IMG/VR virus record: IMGVR_UViG_3300034102_002101 | Coordinates: 56,667 to 120,666 of that record | DNA: 64,000 bases | DNA from: a virus | Strand: one strand, 5' to 3' | Program-made: the position numbers and the translations under genes | Shown here: piece by piece, positions 20,983 to 30,514 of the stretch | Layout: every line of letters starts with the position of its first letter | Position numbering within the stretch: position 1 is the first letter of the stretch | Notes under the pieces: generated by a model | Database searches by the model: none | What the model was told of the DNA's origin: nothing | The model's input: the letters and a program-made list of their open reading frames with translations, nothing else

Positions 20983-23543
20983 AAATATATAAAAAACTAC
21001 CAGTTATCCGACAAGCAGGCTCAATCGTCGCTCAAAACCATTCTGAACCTATTCATGGTCATGGATATACCGTCTGGGATGTTGCTACAAACACACCAAC
21101 ACATCACGATATAAAAAATGAGATGTCTCACTTTACGATAAACGTAAAGAGTAATAAGATAGTAACTGATTTATCTATATTACCAAAAACTCCACGAATT
21201 CGCCTATTCTACGAGAATACTTCACCGACCGAATTAAAGGAAGTTATCGTAGAAATAAAAAAATTGTGTGAACCAATCGAGCTTATACCATTCAAGAAAC
21301 AAAATTCGGAAGAAATTGACCACACATTGGGAACAGGTGGAGAAAAGAAAGAATTAAAGGATCTAAATGATGTTGATTACCAGAATTCGTTAATCAGAGA
21401 TTATTACAAAGAAGATCCTAATATTAGTGAGGAGATTCTTGATGAAATAATAAGTATCAACAAAAAAACCAATTCCAAATTGGAAAATTATGTTGCTACC
21501 CAAGAAGTAAATTGGGTTCCACATAAATTGACGTTCTCAAATATGTTTTCGTATGGGGAAAACAATATAGTTAACTTTGATAAGATGGATGGTATTATTG
21601 GATTGTTTGCCAAAAATACGTACGGAAAATCATCTATACCATACGTAACATCATTTTGTTTGTTTGATAAGTGCCCGACAACGAATCTCGCTGGTAATAT
21701 ATTAAATTCAGAAAAAGATAATATGTCCGCTCGGTTGGATTTTTCTGTCGGTGATAATAAGTATTTCATCGAAAAGACTTCAACAAAAGACAAGAAGGGT
21801 AACGTTCCTGTTAAGGTGTTATTTAAGCGTGATTCCGGCGATAATAAGAAGTTTATAGACCTTGAAGGGGAAAGTAGGGCTGGTACCAATGATATCATCA
21901 GAAAATACGTAGGAACGTACGATGACTTCATCTTAACTACTCTATCTATCCAAGGATCGAAAGGTAAGAATCTAGTTGAAATGGGACAATCGGAAAGAAA
22001 GGAATTACTATCTAGATTTACTGGACTGGATATCTACGATAAGCTTAATAAATTAGGGGTCGAGGATAGTAAGGAAATTCTCACAAAGTTAAAACTATTT
22101 AAACGGGATGAATTCGAAACAGAATTAGTTAACTTAAAGGCGGAAGTAGAAAACAGGAAAATAAAATCTACTGAACTGTCAATAGAATTGAGGGATATCG
22201 ATGAAATTATCACCAAATTGACGGATAATATAGAGGACGTTACTCGCAAACTAAAACCTATAAATATAGAAATTTTAGATGTTAAGACATTAAGTAGTCA
22301 ATTGTTACAATTAGAAGCTACGAAAGAAACGTGTAAGAAAAAGGTCGCCGAATTAACTGCTAAAAAAGCCACAATTGAGGAAGAAAAGAAAAACATAGAA
22401 GATACGGTAAAGAACCTAAATATAGAAAAAATAAAACAAGATAAGATCAATAATGATATATTAAAGACAGAATTGGTCGGTATCGAAAAAAAGTTAACTG
22501 CTATAAAGGTAACGGTAAAAAATAAATTAGAGAAATTAAAGCATCTAGATAATCACAAATACGATCCTAATTGTAGTTTCTGTGTGGACAACGATTTTGT
22601 GAAGGATGCTATGAAAGCTAAATCTGAACTAGAATCTGATAAGGGAATCGTTCGTGAGTTATTAGATTCGGAATCTTCTATAAAAATTAAAATAAACGAT
22701 AATATAGATACCGAATATAGCGATTATCTCAATTTGAGGGAGGCTTTTTCTAATGTTGTCACTAGATTAAATGATGTTAATTCTCAATTATCTAAATTAT
22801 CACCTACAGAAAACGACACAAAGATAGAAAAAATCAAAACTTCTATTGAAAATATAAAAAATAATGAAGATATCATCAATTGGAACCAGAATGTTGAACT
22901 TGAGATAACTAAATTAAAACAACGAAGATCAAGTGTCCAACAGTCGGATAAGAAGTTAGTAGAAAAAGATATAAAAGATAATTCTGATAGACTTTCTATT
23001 ATTTCCAATAAGATTGTAGAAATTGACAATAAGATCATATCGATTAAAAAAATAGAAATTGAAGCCGCTGCGTATCAAGCATATGTAAAAGCTACAGGAA
23101 AAAATGGAATACCGTTTAAACTTCTCGGAAATATTCTTCCGGAAATCGAAGATGCTACTAATGAAATACTATCAAAGATTGTGGATTTTACCATATCTAT
23201 TACTACAGAAGAAGGTGATATCTCGATTAGAATCCTATATGGCAATAGAAGTTGGCCAATAGAAATGACTAGTGGAATGGAAAGATTCGTATCTTCCGTT
23301 GCTTTACGAGTAGCGTTAATAAATGTAAGTCGTATACCAAAACCATCATTTATAACTATAGATGAAGGTTTTGGAGCACTAGACCCAGATAATCTATCTG
23401 CACTACCAGTCCTTTTCTCGTACCTTAGAAACGAATTTAAGTTCGTTATTATCATCAGTCATTTAGATGGTATCAAGGATTATGTCGATGATACTATCGA
23501 AATAACAAAGAACGGGACATTTTCGCATGTCGAATATCTCTAA
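20979..23543 (+). CDS. C-terminal Mre11/SbcD fragment fused to Rad50/SbcC ATPase
   Basis: N-terminal QAGSIVAQNHSEP..HGYTVWD; Walker A AKNTYGKSS, zinc hook CSFC, signature TSGME, Walker B IDEGFGALD. Confidence 0.85.
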   Translation: MKIYKKLPVIRQAGSIVAQNHSEPIHGHGYTVWDVATNTPTHHDIKNEMSHFTINVKSNKIVTDLSILPKTPRIRLFYENTSPTELKEVIVEIKKLCEPIELIPFKKQNSEEIDHTLGTGGEKKELKDLNDVDYQNSLIRDYYKEDPNISEEILDEIISINKKTNSKLENYVATQEVNWVPHKLTFSNMFSYGENNIVNFDKMDGIIGLFAKNTYGKSSIPYVTSFCLFDKCPTTNLAGNILNSEKDNMSARLDFSVGDNKYFIEKTSTKDKKGNVPVKVLFKRDSGDNKKFIDLEGESRAGTNDIIRKYVGTYDDFILTTLSIQGSKGKNLVEMGQSERKELLSRFTGLDIYDKLNKLGVEDSKEILTKLKLFKRDEFETELVNLKAEVENRKIKSTELSIELRDIDEIITKLTDNIEDVTRKLKPINIEILDVKTLSSQLLQLEATKETCKKKVAELTAKKATIEEEKKNIEDTVKNLNIEKIKQDKINNDILKTELVGIEKKLTAIKVTVKNKLEKLKHLDNHKYDPNCSFCVDNDFVKDAMKAKSELESDKGIVRELLDSESSIKIKINDNIDTEYSDYLNLREAFSNVVTRLNDVNSQLSKLSPTENDTKIEKIKTSIENIKNNEDIINWNQNVELEITKLKQRRSSVQQSDKKLVEKDIKDNSDRLSIISNKIVEIDNKIISIKKIEIEAAAYQAYVKATGKNGIPFKLLGNILPEIEDATNEILSKIVDFTISITTEEGDISIRILYGNRSWPIEMTSGMERFVSSVALRVALINVSRIPKPSFITIDEGFGALDPDNLSALPVLFSYLRNEFKFVIIISHLDGIKDYVDDTIEITKNGTFSHVEYL

Positions 23544-23561
23544 GCCAGATATTTATAGTGA

Positions 23562-25586
23562 ATGAATAAATATGGGAAGACACTAAATTTAAAGAATGTA
23601 AAAGCGGATATAATAGATACCGACCCGTTTTCCTCATATTTTGTCGTTTCGGAATTACCTAATATATTAACGTCAGGAAAAAATGGATTTTCGATAAACG
23701 GATCGAATTTACTGAAAGTTGGTTCTGAGGTGTATATAGAGGTATTGAACGTAAATGGTTCAAACATATACGTTGAAGTGGCAAAAAATTCATCCAAGGT
23801 ATCGTATAAGGAAGGTTCTAGTATAGTATACTCAATACAAATATACGCCGATACCCCAGTTGGTGTCGGTATTATATATCTAGTTGGTACGGATACTTAT
23901 GGGAAATTAGTAAAGTGGAAGAAAAATATAGAGATAAATCCATCTATACAAAACAAGTCGAAGGTTAGATTTTATAATAAACCATCGATACAAGTTACTC
24001 CGTTCATAAATGTAACATCAGAAACAGATGTTATTGAGACAAATATAAATGGAACATTTAAAGGAATACCAGTTAAGCCTATGGCTGGATATCCTATTAG
24101 CTACATAGACCAAGGTAGGGAAGAGTATGAATATATCATAGATATTACTTCTGGTGGGAGTCTCACCAGTGATATGGTCGGAAGAACAATAACGTTGAAT
24201 GGGAATGATTACATAATACAAGAGGTAATAAACTCATCTAAATTAAAAATTGCTTACCCAATAACAAAAAATGGAAAAATATCTAGTGATTCTGGTGACT
24301 TAAGTATCGAGTATTACCCATATAATAATCCAACAACGATATCTAGCAACGCATTTAAAAAGATAGGTACTGCCGAAATATTATTCAGAAACATAGAAAC
24401 ATTTACTGGTAAAATTTATAGATATAAAATATATAGATCCAGTATAAATGCACCATACGATTCTGAATGTATATCTACAGGAATTTTTTATGCTACCGAG
24501 CATATATATGATTCAGAGACGCCGTATAGACACCAAAGCGTTCTTGGTAAAATATTAAACTCCGAGTTTTTAGATCAACATTGGTTTGTCAGTAATCCGT
24601 CTACTGATCTATCACACTCACCAGACAAGATGATAGATTCATTCGAGACTAATGGATTCGAAAACTCGACAAGAAAATCCGACTACATTATTGTAAAGTC
24701 CGGTGTAAGTGGTAGTGTTGATTATGTTCCATATGATAATGTTACTTATATGGATAGATCTAGTGATGTATACAATTCAAATTTTATTAGGTTATATAAA
24801 AATATCGAATATATATTTTCCGCCGACGTAATAAAAACTAGTAACACGCACGATACTTCTGGTATAGAATTCTATCTAAAGAGTTCTTTCAGTAACGCAA
24901 TGAACAATAAAATTTGCGATTCTACTGGTTTGAAATTATTCGAATTAAGTGATAATAAAACTGGTACGATATACTATGGAAAAGTTAATGGATCATTTAT
25001 ATTAGAGGAGGATTGTTATGGTACGTTAGTTATATATCCATACAGGTCCAATTACGTATTATCTAATATTAGCATAAAACCATATACCGATTATTCATAT
25101 GGACCGGACATATTTTCTATCCGAGTTCCATTTGACGTTAGAGCTAAGAACGAAGGAAATAAAATAACCTGTGAGTTACTGGATGTTGATAATAAGTTAG
25201 TAATCGGTGAATTATCTACGATACAATATTTTGATCCATATGGAGTAACGTATCCGTTTAACGTAATCAAAGATAACGCCGAATTAATACTAGACTTAGC
25301 CGATATAGAAATGGAGATGGGCGTGTTATCTGGCAGTTTATATAGTACCAGCCAATCGTTAATATCGTTGTCCTCCGAATTTTATTCTACTTCAGAAAGC
25401 TTCGAAAGTAGATTCATACAATTAAGCGAGTCTGTTTCCCGTATTAGTGGATCTACTGTCAGTGGGTCTTTTGCTATAGCAACTACGACAACCCTCGGAT
25501 CGGTGTCAGTAGGAAATGGATTGAAAATAAACGTGAATGGTTCACTTTCACTCGACTATGCCGCGATTACTTGGGGAGGAGTTTAA
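23562..25586 (+). CDS. Putative virion/tail structural protein
   Basis: Beta-rich; ATATTTATA motif upstream; C-terminal ATTTTLGSVSVGNGLKI tail-fibre-like motif. Confidence 0.55.
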   Translation: MNKYGKTLNLKNVKADIIDTDPFSSYFVVSELPNILTSGKNGFSINGSNLLKVGSEVYIEVLNVNGSNIYVEVAKNSSKVSYKEGSSIVYSIQIYADTPVGVGIIYLVGTDTYGKLVKWKKNIEINPSIQNKSKVRFYNKPSIQVTPFINVTSETDVIETNINGTFKGIPVKPMAGYPISYIDQGREEYEYIIDITSGGSLTSDMVGRTITLNGNDYIIQEVINSSKLKIAYPITKNGKISSDSGDLSIEYYPYNNPTTISSNAFKKIGTAEILFRNIETFTGKIYRYKIYRSSINAPYDSECISTGIFYATEHIYDSETPYRHQSVLGKILNSEFLDQHWFVSNPSTDLSHSPDKMIDSFETNGFENSTRKSDYIIVKSGVSGSVDYVPYDNVTYMDRSSDVYNSNFIRLYKNIEYIFSADVIKTSNTHDTSGIEFYLKSSFSNAMNNKICDSTGLKLFELSDNKTGTIYYGKVNGSFILEEDCYGTLVIYPYRSNYVLSNISIKPYTDYSYGPDIFSIRVPFDVRAKNEGNKITCELLDVDNKLVIGELSTIQYFDPYGVTYPFNVIKDNAELILDLADIEMEMGVLSGSLYSTSQSLISLSSEFYSTSESFESRFIQLSESVSRISGSTVSGSFAIATTTTLGSVSVGNGLKINVNGSLSLDYAAITWGGV

Positions 25587-26842
25587 ATCCTCTTCCAATT
25601 ATAGAAATCATCGTTATTTATTAACTTATTTCTATAATCTTCTAATTTACTTATGTGTATCTTGAATATATCGTATTCAAAATCACCAACTTCTCCGGAA
25701 TCAGATAATATCTGAGATAAGTTTCTGATGAAATCAAATTGATCGTGTCTGGTTAATTGTCTCGCATCGAAACTGATAATTATATCGGTCGTCAATAGAC
25801 CGAGCGTTTCTTCCATAATCTTGTCTGATAGATTGAATATAGTATTTGGTTGTTCGTTCTTGATGTACTCTTTTGATATCTTGGAATTAGTTAAGTGCAT
25901 TTGGTCACACCATGGCTCCAGAAGTGCCAATAGTTGAGCGTTACAATGATTTATATTCAAACCTATGTCGTAGCGTGGATGTGTGATTGGTTTCATTAAA
26001 TCATCATGTAGAACGTCAGTATGCCATTTTCTCCACCAATCTCTGAATTTAATATTTCTTAGTTTCGTGTATTCTTCTGAATCCTTTGGTTTGTACCATT
26101 TAGATCCATCCGGTAAATCAACCACTCTTTCTATTTCGAGTCTACCTTTGAACCTAGAACCTCTGCAAGTCATATGATAGACAAAAGAATCTCTCGATTG
26201 AATTATTCGTAAGTTGTTCAATACGAACCGATTAAAAATATCCGAATCCTCCAATTCCATTGGCGCGAACAATTTTTTATCATGTCCTCCTATTTTTTTG
26301 AAGTCTGATACGTGCATTCCCCATGGAGCGAATATACCTTCTGTCGTCTTGTTTTTATACTCGATTTCACTTATCTCAACAAACTGATCGAATTCTTTCT
26401 TTTTAAATTCTTCTGGCTCTAATCCGAGATTTTTTGTCATTTTTTCGATTCCTGATGGGTGGAGATTTGGTTCTATCCTCGTCGCAGACACCACAATTCC
26501 AACTTCCATATATTTCAACATATTCCTAATATAATTTGGTGATGCTATCATGTCAGCATGAAATATACTAAACACTTCCTTCGTTGCTAATTCGGCTCCT
26601 ACATCGTATAAAACAGTATGTCCCTTCCTTTCCGGTCCCTCGTTTCTATAAATTATAACATTCTCGTCTAACTTCTTTGTCTCATTCATCCATTCCCAAG
26701 TTCCATCGGTAGATGCATCATCCAGCAGAATTATCTCATGTTTCTCTGCTACATTATCACGTATACTGTTATACGCCGATTTTAAATATTTTAGATTATT
26801 CCTACTAGGGATGACGATTGAAATTATTGTGTGTTTATCCAT
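25583..26842 (-). CDS. Glycosyltransferase family 2
   Basis: ISIVIPSRN, LLDDASTDGT, HADM, EDSD. Confidence 0.85.
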   Translation of the reverse strand: MDKHTIISIVIPSRNNLKYLKSAYNSIRDNVAEKHEIILLDDASTDGTWEWMNETKKLDENVIIYRNEGPERKGHTVLYDVGAELATKEVFSIFHADMIASPNYIRNMLKYMEVGIVVSATRIEPNLHPSGIEKMTKNLGLEPEEFKKKEFDQFVEISEIEYKNKTTEGIFAPWGMHVSDFKKIGGHDKKLFAPMELEDSDIFNRFVLNNLRIIQSRDSFVYHMTCRGSRFKGRLEIERVVDLPDGSKWYKPKDSEEYTKLRNIKFRDWWRKWHTDVLHDDLMKPITHPRYDIGLNINHCNAQLLALLEPWCDQMHLTNSKISKEYIKNEQPNTIFNLSDKIMEETLGLLTTDIIISFDARQLTRHDQFDFIRNLSQILSDSGEVGDFEYDIFKIHISKLEDYRNKLINNDDFYNWKRI

Positions 26843-26925
26843 GTTATACCAACAATATACCGATAAATTAAAAAGTCAATCATTTTTGTTGACATCCACC
26901 TTAGATTGTGCTTTCTTTTAGAAAG

Positions 26926-28161
26926 ATGAAACAAATTAAAACTATTTTCAAATTAATAAAAGTTGATTCCAAGGAAAATTCAAATAAATTCTGGAATGGG
27001 ATTATTTATGACGATGGTTCTGCTCGCACGGAATGGGGGCGGGTCGGATATTCTTCACAGTCAAAAGATTTCTCGTGTTCATTGGTAATAGAAAAAAAGA
27101 AAAATGAGAAGTTAAAGGATGGTTATGAAGAACTAAAAATTGTATTAGAAGGAGTTTCTAATCTATTACCAGCATTGGATCAAAAGAAATCACTACTAGA
27201 AATCGCAAAGAAGCAAATAAAAACATCGTCTTCCAAGTTGGACGACCTGATTCAGAGACTGGTGAAGAGTAATATCCATAATATTACGAGTTCCACCCAA
27301 TTGAAGTTTGATTCGTCAACTGGATTGTTCCAGACCCCACTAGGAGTCGTTTTACCGGAAGCAATAACAGATGCACGCGACTTGTTGGTAGAGATTAAAC
27401 AAAATTACCAAAGTCCAGCTAAATTAGAAAAACTTGTCGTGAAATACCTAAGACTTATTCCACATGATATCGGAATGAAGTTTAATGTTAGAAACATTTT
27501 CCCAGACGAGAAACAAATCGAAAAGGAAAATGATATTCTTGACTCATTGAATGCCTCTTATGATGCTATTCAAAATAACTCAAATTCTAAGTTATTTAAG
27601 AAGTTAGAAGAAAAAATATTTGACATTGAAATTGACATATTACAGGACAAAGCAGAATTCGATAGAATCTCTAAGTGGTTTTATCGTAGCAACCACGCGA
27701 CTCATGGATACAAGAATGTAAAAATTGCTAATTGCTATAAATTGAATACGGGATTTGACTTCGATGGTAAGCTAGGAAACATAACCGAAGTATTCCATTC
27801 AACTGGAGAAGCAAATCTATTGAGCATTTTAAAGTCCGGTCTTCGTGTATCTCCACCAGCTACTGCTTATATTAGTGGATTATTGTATAGTTCTGGTGTG
27901 TATGGTGCTGTCGATAGCTCAAAATCCCTACAATATACATTCGGTAGATTCGGTGGGAGTGTTGGTAGTTCTGGTTGGTGCTTTATTGCCGAATTTGCGA
28001 TGGGAAGACAATATAATATAACTACGTATGGGGGTAAATTACCGATTGGATATGATTCGATTTATGCAAAAAAAGAATTGACGGGGCTTAGATTTGATGA
28101 ATTGATCGTCCCACAGTCAACTCAAGTAAAATTAAAATATTTGCTAGAAGTAACAAAATAA
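26926..28161 (+). CDS. WGR-domain PARP-family ADP-ribosyltransferase
   Basis: NSNKFW...EWGRVG (WGR), helical regulatory-like YLRLIPH, catalytic FHST...SILKSGL, GVYGA..SKS..Y, DELIV (H-Y-E triad). Confidence 0.8.
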   Translation: MKQIKTIFKLIKVDSKENSNKFWNGIIYDDGSARTEWGRVGYSSQSKDFSCSLVIEKKKNEKLKDGYEELKIVLEGVSNLLPALDQKKSLLEIAKKQIKTSSSKLDDLIQRLVKSNIHNITSSTQLKFDSSTGLFQTPLGVVLPEAITDARDLLVEIKQNYQSPAKLEKLVVKYLRLIPHDIGMKFNVRNIFPDEKQIEKENDILDSLNASYDAIQNNSNSKLFKKLEEKIFDIEIDILQDKAEFDRISKWFYRSNHATHGYKNVKIANCYKLNTGFDFDGKLGNITEVFHSTGEANLLSILKSGLRVSPPATAYISGLLYSSGVYGAVDSSKSLQYTFGRFGGSVGSSGWCFIAEFAMGRQYNITTYGGKLPIGYDSIYAKKELTGLRFDELIVPQSTQVKLKYLLEVTK

Positions 28162-28172
28162 ATAAAAATAAA

Positions 28173-28706
28173 ATGAAAACATTAAAAGATGTAGTGGAAA
28201 TGATCGTAAATAGCATGAATATGCCGAATTTTTCAGCATATGACATTACCGGATTGATTAGGCATCATGTTGAATGGGCTAAGTCCAGAGAGAAGTTTGA
28301 CATTGCACTATCCCCACCAAATTCACAACATTGGTACAATATCAAACACGAAGATGTCCGTGCTATTATTGTTGATATGTATAAGTCAGGTAAATTGACT
28401 AGAAAGCCAAATGGTGATTATTATACATATAATATTGCAACTCCATTGGTTTCCACACATAAGATTGCCTCCGTACCAACAAAGCAAGTTAAGGTTGTGG
28501 CAAACAAAAGTACAAGTAACGATCTTGCTGATTTAGTTTATAACTTTTTGCTCAGAAGAAAGTCTCCAGCAATTGTTTCACTGAAACAGATCCAGAGCGC
28601 ATTGAAGCGTCGTGGGAATTTCACATGCAAAGAAATTAGTGAGATTAAGCACCCACTATTGCGGCTGGTTGTTAATCCAAGTCTATCGAAGTCATACTTC
28701 CAATAA
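28173..28706 (+). CDS. Hypothetical protein, possibly winged-helix
   Basis: Co-transcribed with PARP; basic. Confidence 0.5.
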   Translation: MKTLKDVVEMIVNSMNMPNFSAYDITGLIRHHVEWAKSREKFDIALSPPNSQHWYNIKHEDVRAIIVDMYKSGKLTRKPNGDYYTYNIATPLVSTHKIASVPTKQVKVVANKSTSNDLADLVYNFLLRRKSPAIVSLKQIQSALKRRGNFTCKEISEIKHPLLRLVVNPSLSKSYFQ

Positions 28707-28710
28707 AAGA

Positions 28711-28741
28711 AAAACCCCCGATTTAAATCGGGGGTTTTTTG
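28711..28741. terminator. Bidirectional intrinsic terminator
   Basis: AAAACCCCCGATT-TA-AATCGGGGGTTTTT between convergent genes. Confidence 0.8.
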
Positions 28742-29254
28742 TTACTTAATTTCGGCGATCAATATATCGTCTTCTTCTATTCCACGCTCATATGAAATAG
28801 AATACTCAGGATTAATTTCCAATACTTTGGATATCAATTGTTCCAATGTAGTTGTAAAGTGACCGTTCTTATATAGTCGAATATCATCAATATAAATTAT
28901 ATGATTTTTTATATGGTGATTTTTTATAGCTTCCAATTCAAAAATAATCGGATCTTCGACCACACCATTTCCAGTATCTCCACCGGAAAAATGACCATCC
29001 AACCAAAACGTTATGGGTTCGTTTATTTCTTCTATTGCCCCATATAGGCAATTAGCAGCATCACCTTTTAGAATTGATACTCTGATATCTCCACGAAACC
29101 TATCAACACAGATATCAGAAAACTTATCCGTCAATTCTATGGATATGACGTTATTAAATCCAGAATCCAATGCTTGTTGGATTCCGTCACCCATAAAGCA
29201 TCCGGTTTCAACGAACACGTTGTTAACCTTCTTAAAAGGCGTTGGTTTAGGCAT
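28742..29254 (-). CDS. Class I SAM methyltransferase-like protein
   Basis: FVETGCFMGDG, ISIE, GDA, FWLDGH, IDD. Confidence 0.6.
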   Translation of the reverse strand: MPKPTPFKKVNNVFVETGCFMGDGIQQALDSGFNNVISIELTDKFSDICVDRFRGDIRVSILKGDAANCLYGAIEEINEPITFWLDGHFSGGDTGNGVVEDPIIFELEAIKNHHIKNHIIYIDDIRLYKNGHFTTTLEQLISKVLEINPEYSISYERGIEEDDILIAEIK

Positions 29255-29255
29255 A

Positions 29256-29894
29256 TTAGTTTATCTTTCTTGCCATTATATCACCTTCACCGAATGGATG
29301 TCCATCAGCAGCATAAAATTCAAATTCAAATCCATTATCAGTCAAGAACTTCTCGATTGATTCTTTGGATGAATGTCCTTTATAATATGCAACTTGTGCG
29401 GCTTCTAGGTGAATATATTTTACATTCTTGATGATCTGTTCAAAACCTTCAAGTACAGCTAGTTCATGTCCCTGTACATCCATCCATACAACTAATGATG
29501 TTGTGTCTAATTGTGGATTTTCTGACATAAATGCATTTACTGTAGTCGCATCAACTTCTATTTTGCTCTTATCTTGACTACCAAACGGAACATGGATTGG
29601 TTCCAGTATTGATGAGCATCCAATATTCCCATCAGTTACCCAAAAATCAACTTTTCCTACATAATTGCTAAGTGCTAAATTATGGACTTTTATATTTGTA
29701 TATCTGCGGCTCTTGTCTTCACAGATATTATACTGATTTGGTGTTGGTTCAAATGCTGCAATTTCACATCCACGCCAAATAGCGTCAAATTCTTCTGACT
29801 GGTCTAAGTCTCTGGAACCAATATCCAATATTAGCGATGGGACGAATGCTGGTTCGTATTTTTGTATGTAATTTATAAATTTTGATATAAGCAT
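29256..29894 (-). CDS. FkbM-family methyltransferase
   Basis: LDIGS, AFEP, ALSN, WMDVQGHELAVLEG. Confidence 0.8.
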   Translation of the reverse strand: MLISKFINYIQKYEPAFVPSLILDIGSRDLDQSEEFDAIWRGCEIAAFEPTPNQYNICEDKSRRYTNIKVHNLALSNYVGKVDFWVTDGNIGCSSILEPIHVPFGSQDKSKIEVDATTVNAFMSENPQLDTTSLVVWMDVQGHELAVLEGFEQIIKNVKYIHLEAAQVAYYKGHSSKESIEKFLTDNGFEFEFYAADGHPFGEGDIMARKIN

Positions 29895-29899
29895 ATTTG

Positions 29900-30514
29900 T
29901 TATCCTAAGTATGTTGATTTGTGATATTCGTAATGTTCGTTTGTTAAATTATACTTTTGCCAATAAAAGTCAATATTATTTTCTGGTAATTTATTAATAC
30001 AATAATCGAAGTATTCTTTCGATTCTTCGAAAGACACTATATTCGTTCCGTGTTTCTTATTATAATTATTTAGTAGTATTCGCTCGGCAAATTCTCCATT
30101 ATGTTCATCTATTGTCCAGAAATCTATTAGATCGTCTGTTTTTCCATACATCAGATAGTCAACCATATAACCATCTACGTGCCATGTGTAAAATATTATC
30201 TTACCCGTATACATTTCTTCAAGTATACTTGCGAATTCCTCTATTTTAGGTATAGAAAAATCAGTTCTGATCTTTAATGAAAATTCATATCCCATTAATT
30301 TAGCAAGAGCCAATCCACATAAAGTAGTATTAGCTTGTCTATTTATATTTCCTACTCCACCGTCAGCGACATCTTGACATTGGTATATATTAATTATATT
30401 ATCGTAGTTATAATCATTGGTAAATATTATATGGTGTGCCTTTGTATAATTTGTTACTAAATTATACAAATTTCCTTTCACTGGTCCTTGTATGACTACT
30501 GCGGATTTATTCAA
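29900..30514 (-). CDS. WavE-like glycan-synthesis protein
   Basis: AVVIQGP, NINRQ..TT..GL, LKIRTD, DYLMYG. Confidence 0.55.
   Translation of the reverse strand: MNKSAVVIQGPVKGNLYNLVTNYTKAHHIIFTNDYNYDNIINIYQCQDVADGGVGNINRQANTTLCGLALAKLMGYEFSLKIRTDFSIPKIEEFASILEEMYTGKIIFYTWHVDGYMVDYLMYGKTDDLIDFWTIDEHNGEFAERILLNNYNKKHGTNIVSFEESKEYFDYCINKLPENNIDFYWQKYNLTNEHYEYHKSTYLG

Noticed and set aside
19740-21010. Split intein or group I intron in sbcD
   Set aside because: No intein terminal motifs and the added peptides are too short. The intervening DNA is filled by two coupled ORFs with no recognisable intron core.
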